Shown here: one piece after another, positions 11,637 through 20,460 of the stretch
Numbering within the stretch: the first letter of the stretch is position 1
Layout of the letters: each line of letters begins with the position of its first letter
Translations under genes and position numbers: made by a program
Notes under the pieces: model-generated
The model's database searches: none
What the model was told of the DNA's origin: nothing
The model's input: only the letters and a program-made list of their open reading frames with translations
Source: Usitatibacteraceae bacterium
GTDB lineage: Bacteria > Pseudomonadota > Gammaproteobacteria > Burkholderiales > Usitatibacteraceae
NCBI GenBank assembly: GCA_038901675.1
Contig: JBCKPM010000001.1
Span: 1 to 45,979 of the forward strand
Direction: 5' to 3'
DNA: 45,979 bases

Positions 11637-14600
11637 TCATGCCGCCGCTTGCGCCGGACTGACCGCAAATCGCTTCGCCTCGTGGATATCGACCTCAACG
11701 ATGCGCGAAACGCCCGGCTCGCTCATGGTGACACCGACCAGTTGCTCAGCCATTTCCATGGTCACCTTATTGTGCGTGATGAACAGGAACTGCGTCGATG
11801 CTGACATTTTTTTCACCAGTTCGCAGAACCTATCTGTATTCACGTCGTCGAGCGGTGCGTCCACCTCGTCAAGCAGACAAAACGGCGCGGGATTGAGGCG
11901 GAACAACGAAAACACCAGCGACAGCGCGGTGAGCGCCTTTTCGCCGCCCGACAACAACTGAATGGAAGAATTTTTCTTGCCCGGAGGCTGCGCGAACACT
12001 TGCAAGCCCGCGTCGAGAATTTCGTCGCCCGTCAATTTCAGGTAAGCGTGGCCGCCGCCAAATAACGATGGAAACAATTCCATGAAGTTTTTGTTCACCG
12101 CATCGAACGTCACCTGCAAAACATCGCGCGTCTCGCGATCAATACGCTTAATGGCGGACTCGAGTGTATCGACGGCTTCGCGCAAGTCGGCCGACTGGGC
12201 ATCGAGAAATTCCTTGCGCACACTCGTTTGTTCGAGCTCTTGCAACGCCGCCATGTTTACCGCGCCAAGCGCGGCGATGTCCTGATTAAGCCGATTGATT
12301 TCTGCCTGATAGGCGGTGGAACGGGTTTTCCTTTCGACCAGTTCGGCGAGCTCTTCGAGATTGCCGCCGTTGGCGAGCAACTGCTGCGTAAAGGTTTCTT
12401 CGTTAATACGCGCTTCTTGTTCCTTCATGCGCAATTCGGTCATTTTGTCGCGCAGCGGCTGCAGGCTTTGTTCAACCGCATGACGCCGGTCTTCAAGTTC
12501 CTTGAGCTTGCCACCCGCCACATCCATCGCTGCGCGCGCACGCGCAAGTGCTTGCTCACGCAACGACTTAGCCTCGAGCGCTTGCTGTAGGCGCTCGCGA
12601 ATGTTGCCCTCTTGCAATGCGTCGAGTTCAGCGGCCAGCGCCGCGCGATTCGATGCGATCGCCTCGACGCGCTTGGCCAATTGCTCCAGCATCTCGCTCA
12701 TCGACTTGATTTTGTCGTGGCACGAGCGTTCGAAGTAGTTGGCCTCCTGTGCGCCGCGCTCAGCCGCATTCACGCGTTCGCGCGCATCCGCCAACGCTCT
12801 CTCGGCGGCGCGCTGTGCGTCTTCCAGCACCATCAATCGGTCGGTGATTTCGGAGATTCGATTGCCACCCTCTTCAAGTGCTGCTTGCGCCGCGAGCATT
12901 GCGTCGCGCTCGTGCGCCGTTTCGGCGTCGATAATGGCGATTTCTTCGCGTATCGCACCGCGGCGTCCCTCGGCCTGCGCCATCGCCTGTGACAGCTTCA
13001 ACGCTTCCATCTGCAAACTATGCTCGCGATTCTTGGTCTCTTGTTGCGTCAGGCGCAGCCCACGCAAACCCTCTTGAGTCTGTTGCAATGTCGACTCGAT
13101 TTGCGTCAGCGTCGCCTCGACCGTCTGACGCGCGTCGATTTTGCTCGGCAGCTCAGCCTTGAGGGCTTCGATTTCGCGCTGGCGCTGCAATACGCCGTGC
13201 AACTCCGACTGCGGTCCGTGGAAGGTCACGCCGTGCTGCGAATAGAGATGACCGTTGGCCGTCACCAGCACCGCCCCAAACGGCAGACTGGCACTGCGCT
13301 TTGGTGCGTCTGCTTCGTCTTCGAGCACAAAGATATTCGCCAGGCACTCGCTAACAAACGGCAGCACGGCCGGGTTGTCCGAGGTGACGAACGCCGCGAG
13401 CGGCGTGAGCCCTGCTACCTTGGAATTCGCGCTACCACCATTCTCCAAATACAGTGAAACGGCACCGGGTGGCGCGTCTTTGGCAATGCGCTCGATCAGC
13501 GTTGCGTCACCGACCCTCATCGCGTTGAGTCGCAAGCCGAGCGCAGCCTCGAGCGCATCCTCCCAGCCCTGTTTAATCTTGATCGATTGCCACAAGCGCG
13601 GCGCACTGTCCAATGCATATTTGGCCAGCCACATCGCGAGCCGATTGTTGTTGTCCATGCGCGCTTGCTGGCTTTGTAGCGCTAGCAGCGCGGCCTCGAT
13701 GCGGGCCAACTCACGCGTGGCATTGCCGATGTGATCCAGCGCGTCGCGCCGCTTGGCCTCCAATTGATTGACCTGCTGCTCGGCTTGCTGCAGTTTTTCA
13801 TCCAGCACGGCCAGCGCTTCTTGGGCTTCGGCGCGCTGAGCCTCGACGCGCTCGATTTCGCCCGCTTGCGGAACCACTAGCGCCATGTTCTCGGTGACCA
13901 GCCGCGTCTTGCGTTGCTCGAGCTGCGAAAGAATTTTCAGCGCATTGTTCTCGCGTGACTCATTGAGCGCCTGATCACTCTCAGCGGCGCGCACATCATT
14001 GTCGGCGAGCTTGACCGCCGCCTGCGCCTCGCGCACCTTTTCTTCGAACTGCGGTACTTCCGCCCGCAACGCCTCGGCACGTTCACGCGCTTCGGCAACC
14101 TTGTCGATACCGCTGGCGAGCTCGCGATGCCAACGTTCTAGTTCAGTTGCGGTTGCATCACGATTGGCTTCAATTTCCAGCACCTGCTGCGCCAGCGCAT
14201 CGACTTGCGTTCCGAGTCGGCGTCGATTGTCCGACAGATAGTTAATTTCCTGTTCGAGCTGCACCACGGCGCTATTGGCTTCGAACATTGCCGCTTGCGC
14301 GGTGGTCATTTGATCGGTTTCGGCGTAGTGATCCTGGCGCAATTTGTCGAGCGCGGCTTCGACTTCCCGCAAGCGCGCCGTTTCGCCCTCAAACCCGGTT
14401 TCGGTCTTGACGATTTCATTCGCGTAGCGATCTTTGGCTGCGCGCACTTCGCGCTGCTTGGTGTACGCCCACAGGTTTTCGTTGAGTTTCAATTCAACAT
14501 TGAATTCCTGATACTTCGCAGCCACTGCCGCTTGCTCGGTCAATTTTTCGACGTTCTTGGTGAGTTCGCCAAGAATATCGTCAACCCGATTCAGATTCTC

Positions 14601-15164
14601 TTTAGTGTCTTCGATCCGTGCTTCGGTTTCGCGGCGCCGCTCACGATACTTCGACACGCCGGCGACTTCTTCCAGGAACACGCGCAACTCTTCGGGTTTT
14701 GACGTGATCACGCGCGAAATCATGCCCTGCTCGATGATCGCGTAAGCACGTGGACCGAGACCGGTACCAAGAAACACATCGGTGATGTCGCGACGCCGTA
14801 CGTGCTGGCTGTTGATGTAGTAGTCCGAGTTGCCGTCACGGGATAAGACGCGCTTGACAGAGAGTTCAGCGTACTGACCCCATTGCCCGCCGATGCGTCC
14901 GAGAGAGTTGTCAAACACCAGTTCGACACTGGCGCGCGCCGAAGGCTTGCGTTGCGACGAGCCGTTAAAGATCACGTCTTCCATCTTCTCGCCGCGCAAG
15001 TTCTTGGCGCTCGATTCGCCGAGCACCCAACGCACCGCGTCGATGACATTGGATTTGCCGCACCCGTTGGGTCCGACCACACCGATCAATTGACCCGGCA
15101 CGTCGATGGCGGTAGGGTCGACAAAACTCTTAAAACCCGCTAACTTGATCTGTGTAAGACGCAC
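11637..15164 (-). CDS. smc: chromosome partition protein Smc
   Basis: N-terminus (V)RLTQIKLAGFKSFVDPT with Walker A GPNGCGKSN, long coiled coils, a hinge, the C-terminal signature LSGGEK and Walker B LLDEVDAPLD. I placed the start at the GTG at comp(15162..15164), preceded by AGGA. The 35-codon upstream extension in the track ORF is Arg/Cys-rich and unlike Smc. Confidence 0.9.
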   Translation of the reverse strand: MRLTQIKLAGFKSFVDPTAIDVPGQLIGVVGPNGCGKSNVIDAVRWVLGESSAKNLRGEKMEDVIFNGSSQRKPSARASVELVFDNSLGRIGGQWGQYAELSVKRVLSRDGNSDYYINSQHVRRRDITDVFLGTGLGPRAYAIIEQGMISRVITSKPEELRVFLEEVAGVSKYRERRRETEARIEDTKENLNRVDDILGELTKNVEKLTEQAAVAAKYQEFNVELKLNENLWAYTKQREVRAAKDRYANEIVKTETGFEGETARLREVEAALDKLRQDHYAETDQMTTAQAAMFEANSAVVQLEQEINYLSDNRRRLGTQVDALAQQVLEIEANRDATATELERWHRELASGIDKVAEARERAEALRAEVPQFEEKVREAQAAVKLADNDVRAAESDQALNESRENNALKILSQLEQRKTRLVTENMALVVPQAGEIERVEAQRAEAQEALAVLDEKLQQAEQQVNQLEAKRRDALDHIGNATRELARIEAALLALQSQQARMDNNNRLAMWLAKYALDSAPRLWQSIKIKQGWEDALEAALGLRLNAMRVGDATLIERIAKDAPPGAVSLYLENGGSANSKVAGLTPLAAFVTSDNPAVLPFVSECLANIFVLEDEADAPKRSASLPFGAVLVTANGHLYSQHGVTFHGPQSELHGVLQRQREIEALKAELPSKIDARQTVEATLTQIESTLQQTQEGLRGLRLTQQETKNREHSLQMEALKLSQAMAQAEGRRGAIREEIAIIDAETAHERDAMLAAQAALEEGGNRISEITDRLMVLEDAQRAAERALADARERVNAAERGAQEANYFERSCHDKIKSMSEMLEQLAKRVEAIASNRAALAAELDALQEGNIRERLQQALEAKSLREQALARARAAMDVAGGKLKELEDRRHAVEQSLQPLRDKMTELRMKEQEARINEETFTQQLLANGGNLEELAELVERKTRSTAYQAEINRLNQDIAALGAVNMAALQELEQTSVRKEFLDAQSADLREAVDTLESAIKRIDRETRDVLQVTFDAVNKNFMELFPSLFGGGHAYLKLTGDEILDAGLQVFAQPPGKKNSSIQLLSGGEKALTALSLVFSLFRLNPAPFCLLDEVDAPLDDVNTDRFCELVKKMSASTQFLFITHNKVTMEMAEQLVGVTMSEPGVSRIVEVDIHEAKRFAVSPAQAAA

Positions 15165-15376
15165 AACCCATCCTCTGAAAAGAGCCCGACGCTGCTGTGA
15201 CCGAATTTGCCCACGCACTCGACAACAATGCGTTGGAATCGGCCGCCGCGCGCCTCTTTTATATAGCAAACCCGCCGACGCGATTCACGTGGGCGGGTTG
15301 GCATCCCGTACAATCTTGTGATTGTATCGTAACGACTTCGGCAATCCCATTCCATTGCCCCCACCGAACCTACACC

Positions 15377-15913
15377 ATGCCACGCAAACTAAAACGCCCC
15401 TCGGCCTCGATTGCAACTTCAACATCCACGCCTAAGTCATTGGTTTCAAAAGCGGCCATCGCGAAACTGACCAAGCTCGGAAAAACGGCGAGCGCCGTTC
15501 CGGGCAAATCGTTGGAGGTATTCCCGAATCCGGCACCAACGCGCGACTTTGTGATTCACATGCAAATTCCCGAGTTCACGTGCCTGTGCCCAAACACCGG
15601 GCAGCCCGATTTTGCAACGCTCTATCTCGACTACATCCCCGACCGGCGCTGCGTCGAGCTCAAGAGCCTCAAGCTCTACATCTGGTCGTTTCGCAATGAA
15701 GGCAAGTTTCATGAGGCGGTCGCGAATGAAATACTCGACGAGATCGTCGCCGCAACCGCACCGCGCTTTGCGCGCTTGACCGCCAAATTCTGGGTGCGCG
15801 GCGGGATCTTCACCACGGTGGTCGCCGAGCATCGCGCCAACGGGTGGAAACCCGTGCCGACGGTCGATCCGGCCCTATTCCCCGACCAATCCAGCGTAAC
15901 CTCGCGCGGCTAG
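15377..15913 (+). CDS. queF: NADPH-dependent 7-cyano-7-deazaguanine (preQ0) reductase
   Basis: Carries [44 protein letters not shown], the QueF signature. I chose the ATG at 15377; the first 60 codons of the track ORF overlap the smc upstream region. Confidence 0.85.
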   Translation: MPRKLKRPSASIATSTSTPKSLVSKAAIAKLTKLGKTASAVPGKSLEVFPNPAPTRDFVIHMQIPEFTCLCPNTGQPDFATLYLDYIPDRRCVELKSLKLYIWSFRNEGKFHEAVANEILDEIVAATAPRFARLTAKFWVRGGIFTTVVAEHRANGWKPVPTVDPALFPDQSSVTSRG

Positions 15914-15956
15914 CCTGCCGATTTGTCGATTCACTTTCATACAGCAGGAATCTCCT

Positions 15957-16919
15957 ATGACATCCAGCGCCAAAGCCACTGCATCCCTAAGCGACACCGA
16001 AAAGAAAATGCTCGAGCTGCTGCTAAAAGGTGCCTCGGGCAGAGTAATTGCTGAGCGCCTCGGTTACAAAGAAGGCACTACCAGAGTGTATTTGCACTCG
16101 CTGTACAAACGCATCGGCGTCAACAACAAAACCAGCGCCGTGACGTGGTATCTGGACACCATCGCCGCGGCCGATCAGCGCAAAACCGGTGTGCTTGCGA
16201 GCAGCGCCTATCGGGTCAATACATTCGGCGAGATGGCGCTCAAGCGTGGACTGCTTAAGACCCTCGGCATCATGGGCGTGTTTCTGGGGCCATACGGACG
16301 CATGTGGGAAGTGGCGCATAAGTTGAAGGGGAGCCGCGGTGCCAGCGTCGCCGATGAGCAATTGCGCGCGGTCTCGCGCAACCTGTGGGAGGCGTTGCTA
16401 GCAGGTGACTTTGTCGAAGGCAAGCGCCAGTTTGACGCTGGCATTTTGCCGAAGATTTTTGTTGCCGCGCCTTCCGATGCGGTCGTACTGGCGAGCCTGC
16501 TGGTACTGGGCGGCTACACTGCAAGCGCGAAAAAAGCCATGGCTGCGCTACCGGCCAAGCGAGGCGGAAGCTTGGGCGTGACGCTCGACGAACAGCGCGC
16601 GCTCGCGGCGACCTCGGATGCGATCGAAAAAGGGAGTGATAGTGCGCTCAGCGCCCTCCACGAACTGTTTCGGACCAGCAACGCACGCCCATTGTTTCGG
16701 CACTTGCTGCTGGTCAATCTGTGTCATCTCTACCGCTTGCGCGCCGATGCCAACCGTTGCATGAGCACGGCCGACGCGCTTTGGGCTGAGGCCGAAGCAG
16801 CGCGGGGTCAACTGGAGGCGGCTGGCGACCGCACGCTTTCATCGGAGGGTGCGCTGCCCACACCTCCGGCGGTCACGCCGGCTAAACTCAGCAGTTATCT
16901 CGAAAAACTCATCGCCTGA
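15957..16919 (+). CDS. LuxR/GerE-type HTH regulator with the HTH at the N-terminus and a C-terminal helical domain of about 250 aa with unknown function
   Basis: LSDTEKKMLELLLKGASGRVIAERLGYKEGTTRVYLHSLYKRIGVNNKTSAV matches the GerE/LuxR HTH. I recognise no receiver or autoinducer-binding domain. The remainder is Ala/Leu-rich. Confidence 0.7.
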   Translation: MTSSAKATASLSDTEKKMLELLLKGASGRVIAERLGYKEGTTRVYLHSLYKRIGVNNKTSAVTWYLDTIAAADQRKTGVLASSAYRVNTFGEMALKRGLLKTLGIMGVFLGPYGRMWEVAHKLKGSRGASVADEQLRAVSRNLWEALLAGDFVEGKRQFDAGILPKIFVAAPSDAVVLASLLVLGGYTASAKKAMAALPAKRGGSLGVTLDEQRALAATSDAIEKGSDSALSALHELFRTSNARPLFRHLLLVNLCHLYRLRADANRCMSTADALWAEAEAARGQLEAAGDRTLSSEGALPTPPAVTPAKLSSYLEKLIA

Positions 16920-16928
16920 CGACCCGAT

Positions 16929-16952
16929 CAGCGGGGCGACTCCGCCCCGCTG
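16929..16952. terminator. GC-rich hairpin between convergent genes (10-bp stem, 4-nt loop)
   Basis: CAGCGGGGCG-ACTC-CGCCCCGCTG read directly. There is no clear U-tract, so terminator function is inferred from its position between two convergent stops. Confidence 0.5.
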
Positions 16953-16993
16953 GATTGCCTCAGCCAATAGGCTGTTTCAGTGCAACGTGTGGA

Positions 16994-17146
16994 TTACCAG
17001 CAAGGAACGTCGCCCCCGCCGACAAGTTGTAACTGCGCTTCGATCAGCAACTCGAGTTCAGTCCTGCACTGAGTTTCTGTTTGAGCGAGCTCGCAGGCTT
17101 GGTTGACCGTGATTTGCGACGCAACTGGGATTTGGTTGGTATTCAT
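16994..17146 (-). CDS. 50-aa propeptide with a double-glycine-type leader and a C-terminal DVPCW
   Basis: ATG at comp(17144..17146) preceded by GAGAGGAA with 5-nt spacing. Sequence is MNTNQIPVASQITVNQACELAQTETQCRTELELLIEAQLQLVGGGDVPCW. Relative to cleavage after GGG, hydrophobic residues sit at -4, -7, -12 and -15. Confidence 0.55.
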   Translation of the reverse strand: MNTNQIPVASQITVNQACELAQTETQCRTELELLIEAQLQLVGGGDVPCW

Positions 17147-17214
17147 CGTGATTCCTCTCATGAAGTGGAAAATTGTTGCGCCCATGATGAGCACGATGGT
17201 TGTTTTAGTTGTTA

Positions 17215-17355
17215 GGGCACCTCTAAAAATTCAAAATTCTAAGCGAGGCTAGGCGCGAGAAAAATTTTAGCCCGCAGCATATACCTGATATGTAAGGGAT
17301 AAAATTTTTTGAGCAACAACGCATCGCGACGAAGTTTGGATTTTTAGAGATGCCC
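17215..17355 (+). mobile_element. MITE family 1, variant copy 2 (141 bp; same termini, divergent core)
   Basis: GGGCACCTCTAAAAATTC ... TTTTTAGAGATGCCC, flanked by a perfect GTTA/GTTA duplication (17211-17214 and 17356-17359). Confidence 0.85.
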
Positions 17356-17552
17356 GTTAGGCTGTCTAGCAAGTAAATTAACGTCTACGAGGAAAGTAGC
17401 GGGCGCTTACACGCGCTATTCGCCTGTTTGCAGTTCGACCCTGAGCGACCGACAAGTGCACGCAGTCAATTTGGTCGGCACCGAAACGCGGCTCCAATCG
17501 CGCCTTCGCCCGATTCGACGGTGCCGAATCAGCGCGCGCTGAGGGGCACGAA

Positions 17553-17570
17553 GTGGGTGCTGATGGGGTT
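17553..17570. repeat. distal att-like copy of the tRNA-His 3' end
   Basis: GCTGATGGGGTT (17559-17570) is identical to 20468-20479 inside the tRNA. The roughly 50 nt that follow (GCCCACAGCGCGATTGCATCTCGC..GGCCTACGGCTC) are homologous to the sequence following the 20279-20297 copy. Confidence 0.6.
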
Positions 17571-17729
17571 GCCCACAGCGCGATTGCATCTCGCGCCGTT
17601 TGGCCTACGGCTCGCGGCGTTGACAAACACCTTCTGCTTGACGCCTGGTGCGGCCGGACGGATTCAGCCTGCGGACGGCAAGCCGAACCGATTTCTCTAC
17701 TTTGCAAAACGGCTGCATAGAAATCGGCC

Positions 17730-18101
17730 ATGACTCCACCGCCTGAACGGCTGACGGACCCGGAGGAGCGCGCTTTTTTTCGCGTCCAGTCCCGCTTGCG
17801 CTCGCGCTGCGAGTGGCATCCCGAATTCGCCATCGGGCTGTGGCCGCTGGCCGTGCAATGCGCTATGTATCTGCGATTCGCCCGCCAAGTGCGTGCGCTG
17901 AAAGACGTTGATCCCGATGCCCTGAAGGAGCTGGAAAAGGGGCTGGAAGAAACGCACCGGATTGCTCGGGTGCTGCTGGTCGACTTTTGGATGATCCCTG
18001 CCGATCGCCTGTCGCTGTGTGCGCTGAATGCCGAGGGCCTGAATTCTGAAATTGCGGACCTGTGTGCGCCGCTCGCACCCGAGGAGCTGCCGCTGTGCTG
18101 A
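17730..18101 (+). CDS. hypothetical protein (faint resemblance to phage small-terminase-like helical proteins)
   Basis: 123-aa ORF with protein-like composition, but no SD and no motif I can name with confidence. Confidence 0.3.
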   Translation: MTPPPERLTDPEERAFFRVQSRLRSRCEWHPEFAIGLWPLAVQCAMYLRFARQVRALKDVDPDALKELEKGLEETHRIARVLLVDFWMIPADRLSLCALNAEGLNSEIADLCAPLAPEELPLC

Positions 18102-18604
18102 GCATCATCACCTTCAACGCGCGCGCGGAGCACACTCGATAATGGTCACGGGTTTAGGTCGTTTCCACGACGCTCCCGCGCGCGCGCGGAGCACACCCCT
18201 TCCGGTTTTCGGCGTAGGATGTTGCTGCGGGACAAGCCCGCGACGGTGGGCGCTACCGGACTAGCGCAGAGGATGAATCATGCCTACCTTCAAACTTCCC
18301 CGCACTGGGGATAGACATGACCCCCAATTTCCTCTTGCATCGTACAAGTCAGATTGAACCCGCAGCCGAAGGGTGGTTGCGAGCCACTTAGGCCAACACA
18401 TCGGGACTAGAGGAAGCGCCGCTGGCGCGGTCGCTTTACTTTGGTTGGTCGAACGGAATTAGCTGAACTGAAATCTCAACCGCCGTGGTGACGATCTCAA
18501 AGTCGCTCGCGACTACCGTCGGTATCACTTCGGCTGTGGGCGCGGATGACTGCGGCGCGACTCCAGACACGCGCAAACGGTGCGGTCCGTGGACGACCCG
18601 TGGT

Positions 18605-19912
18605 TTATGTGCTTGTAGCTTTACCGAGATTTCCATAACCGTTACTTATAATATTAGACAACGATAATAGCAATGTGTCATTACATCTAATTGTGCGTTT
18701 AGGCACGTTTTTAGGGCTTTTTTCGCCAAAATCGCCAAAAACTGGGGGGCAGTGCCGGCTGAGGGGGGGCGGTGGGAGCGGCGGCGGGGGCGGAGCAACA
18801 AGTGGAACTGTGACCCAAAGCTGGCGCACTATAAGTGTTGAAAGGCGAATTTGGTGATCTGCTGTTTTCGATCCAACTACTAAACCATTGGTGATAAACC
18901 TAGAGGCATGCCGTGCACTCTCCATGACGGCATGGATCGTTTCAAACGGTGCAGGCGGTACCTGAACAATTGAAATCTGCGCGAGGGCATTTTGATGCGC
19001 CTGCTGTGCCAATTGGGGTGGCAGATTTACAGGAAGTTGTATGAGAGGGATGGGCGCGAACAAATTCTTGCAGAGTGGATTTTCGGCCAATATCGTTAGT
19101 GGATTGTGAGGCTCGCGTAGCTTGAGCTCCTCGGAAAGATCACACCATATCTGCCACATCAACGCCTCAAGTTCATCGTCCTGCTCCGCGATTTTAAGGC
19201 CGATTTCTTTCGCCTCGGTCCTGTTTACCGGATAGCCATGGTGGAAGTAGTCCTTAGTTAGTTTCTCTGAGATTTCGCGCGCCCTTTGCTTTTCAGCACC
19301 TTCCTTCATGTGAAGTTGAAGCAGCTTCTCCCCGAGCGTAACGCTCAACAGCGCACTGCGAGCGGACGTTCCGACACCCACCGCGCTTACCTCGTCGCAA
19401 AACTTGGAATAGACGGCCAGCATGTGCTCGGGATCTTTCAATCCGACCTGTTCGCGGGAGAATTTTAGAAATGCCATCAGGTCTTCGGAGCCGAACATAA
19501 CAACCTCTGCCGTTCCGTCTTTACCACTTTGCCGCGGAACCCGAATCTGTGGGTCAGTGGGACCAAGATTGCCATTGGGGTGCATGACAACCTCATCGGC
19601 CCCTAGCACAATCAACGTTGCTGCGCTATACGCAGCTTGCGGAACCAGTGCGGAAAATTTGGCGGCACGTTCCCGAATTAGGGAGACAATCCGCCATGCG
19701 ACCGTGGGGTCATCGCCATTGCTTACGATTAGCAAGTCTAGTTCTTTGATCCCTGCAGGCAAGCACTGCAACTGATCGAGGAGTTCGGGAACGCTGTCAC
19801 CAGCGATCTCGCCACTCGCGTTTACGCGATTGCTCGTGATGTAGACGATAAGCGGACGTTTCCGCTTCGCTTCGACTTTCTTGTAAAGCTCCAATCTAGC
19901 ATGCAATCCCAC
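18605..19912 (-). CDS. ClpP/crotonase-fold serine protease of the SDH (serine dehydrogenase proteinase) type, with an unusual Pro-rich C-terminal extension
   Basis: GTG start preceded by AAGGAGG with 5-nt spacing. The N-terminal 130 aa (RPLIVYITSNR..LDLLIVSNGDDPTVAWRIVSLIRE..VPQAAYSAATLIVLGADEVVMHPNGNLGPTDPQI) match that family. GC is visibly lower than the flanks. The tail APPPPPLPPPPL is encoded by G/C homopolymer tracts. Confidence 0.7.
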   Translation of the reverse strand: MGLHARLELYKKVEAKRKRPLIVYITSNRVNASGEIAGDSVPELLDQLQCLPAGIKELDLLIVSNGDDPTVAWRIVSLIRERAAKFSALVPQAAYSAATLIVLGADEVVMHPNGNLGPTDPQIRVPRQSGKDGTAEVVMFGSEDLMAFLKFSREQVGLKDPEHMLAVYSKFCDEVSAVGVGTSARSALLSVTLGEKLLQLHMKEGAEKQRAREISEKLTKDYFHHGYPVNRTEAKEIGLKIAEQDDELEALMWQIWCDLSEELKLREPHNPLTILAENPLCKNLFAPIPLIQLPVNLPPQLAQQAHQNALAQISIVQVPPAPFETIHAVMESARHASRFITNGLVVGSKTADHQIRLSTLIVRQLWVTVPLVAPPPPPLPPPPLSRHCPPVFGDFGEKSPKNVPKRTIRCNDTLLLSLSNIISNGYGNLGKATST

Positions 19913-20026
19913 GGAGTCCTCCTTAACAGGGGCGGCAGTATATCACCGCAGGGCATACCAACCAGCACGCATCCGGGCATTGATTGAATCGAACGCAAAC
20001 TCTACTTCTGTACCTTCTACTTGACG

Positions 20027-20170
20027 GGAAACCTTACGTCTCCTCGCCACCCAGCAACAAATCGTCGCCAAGATCGAAGCCGAGCAAGCCCCCGTCGCCG
20101 CCAACCGCGAACTGATCACCCGCTTCGAGAAAAAATCCAAGCCACGCTCGCCTGGTGCACGCTGCGCAAG
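20027..20170 (+). pseudogene. fragment resembling the conserved C-terminal helix of type I R-M specificity (HsdS-like) proteins, frameshifted
   Basis: The frame reads RETLRLLATQQQIVAKIEAEQAPVAANRELITRFEK. A 1-nt shift in an A6 run then leads into (K)IQATLAW. A stop lies immediately upstream, and there is no N-terminal domain. Confidence 0.45.
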
Positions 20171-20278
20171 GCGGTGAGGGCGTGGCGAGGTGGATTGTCG
20201 GCGTTGCGCGCTGCTGCTTACTATGTGCTTACTTTCCATCTGACCGTGGCTGCCAACATGCCATAAGTCTTTGTTTTT

Positions 20279-20297
20279 TGGGGTGGCTGACGGGGTT
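20279..20297. repeat. proximal att-like copy of the tRNA-His 3' end
   Basis: TGGGGTGGCTGACGGGGTT is 18/19 identical to 20461-20479 (the 3' acceptor and T-arm part of the tRNA), in the same orientation. Confidence 0.75.
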
Positions 20298-20430
20298 GCT
20301 CAGGGTGCGATTGCATCTCGCACCCTTCGGCCTGCGGCTCACACTCACTGCGTTCGCGCGACCTGCGCGAGTCCCCCGGACTCGCTGGTCGAACCCGAGT
20401 GGGTTCTCACCGCCATCGAACCATCCAAAC

Positions 20431-20452
20431 AAAAAACCCGCACGAGGCGGGT
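20431..20452 (-). terminator. rho-independent terminator downstream of tRNA-His
   Basis: On the minus strand: CCCGC-CTCGT-GCGGG followed by TTTTTTG, starting 9 nt after the tRNA 3' end. Confidence 0.75.
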
Positions 20453-20460
20453 TTGGTGTT

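Noticed and set aside
15165-15269. 35-codon N-terminal extension of smc in the track ORF
   Set aside because: The conserved Smc N-terminus (RLTQIKLAGFKSF) starts at an internal GTG with an upstream AGGA. The extension is Arg/Cys-rich and unlike any Smc.
15197-15376. 60-codon N-terminal extension of queF, and a possible preQ1 riboswitch in the same leader
   Set aside because: The extension overlaps the smc upstream region and precedes a good internal ATG. I looked for the compact preQ1 aptamer features and found only a generic hairpin (ACCCGCC..GGCGGGT), which is not enough to call a riboswitch.
17378-18133. 251-aa minus-strand ORF, plus overlapping ORFs at 17428-17733 and 17863-18135
   Set aside because: It has extreme Arg/Ser/Ala composition, no SD and no motif. 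It runs through the att-like repeat and is antisense to the only plausible ORF there, so it is probably a high-GC open-frame artefact.
18118-18196. Two copies of CGCGCGCGCGGAGCACAC spaced 61 bp apart (checked as a possible mini-CRISPR)
   Set aside because: There are only two copies of an 18-nt low-complexity (CG)n-rich repeat. It has no repeat-spacer regularity and no cas genes, so it is too short for a CRISPR repeat.
18280-18357. 25-codon ORF (MPTFKLPRTGDRHDPQFPLASYKSD) with a GAGGA motif upstream
   Set aside because: It is very short and has no supporting context or conservation that I can assess. Such an ORF is expected by chance in 1 kb of non-coding DNA.
18436-18636. 66-aa minus-strand ORF overlapping the protease 3' end
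   Set aside because: It has no SD and overlaps the protease ORF in another frame. An internal EISV(K/Q)L repeat is curious, but that is not enough to call a gene.
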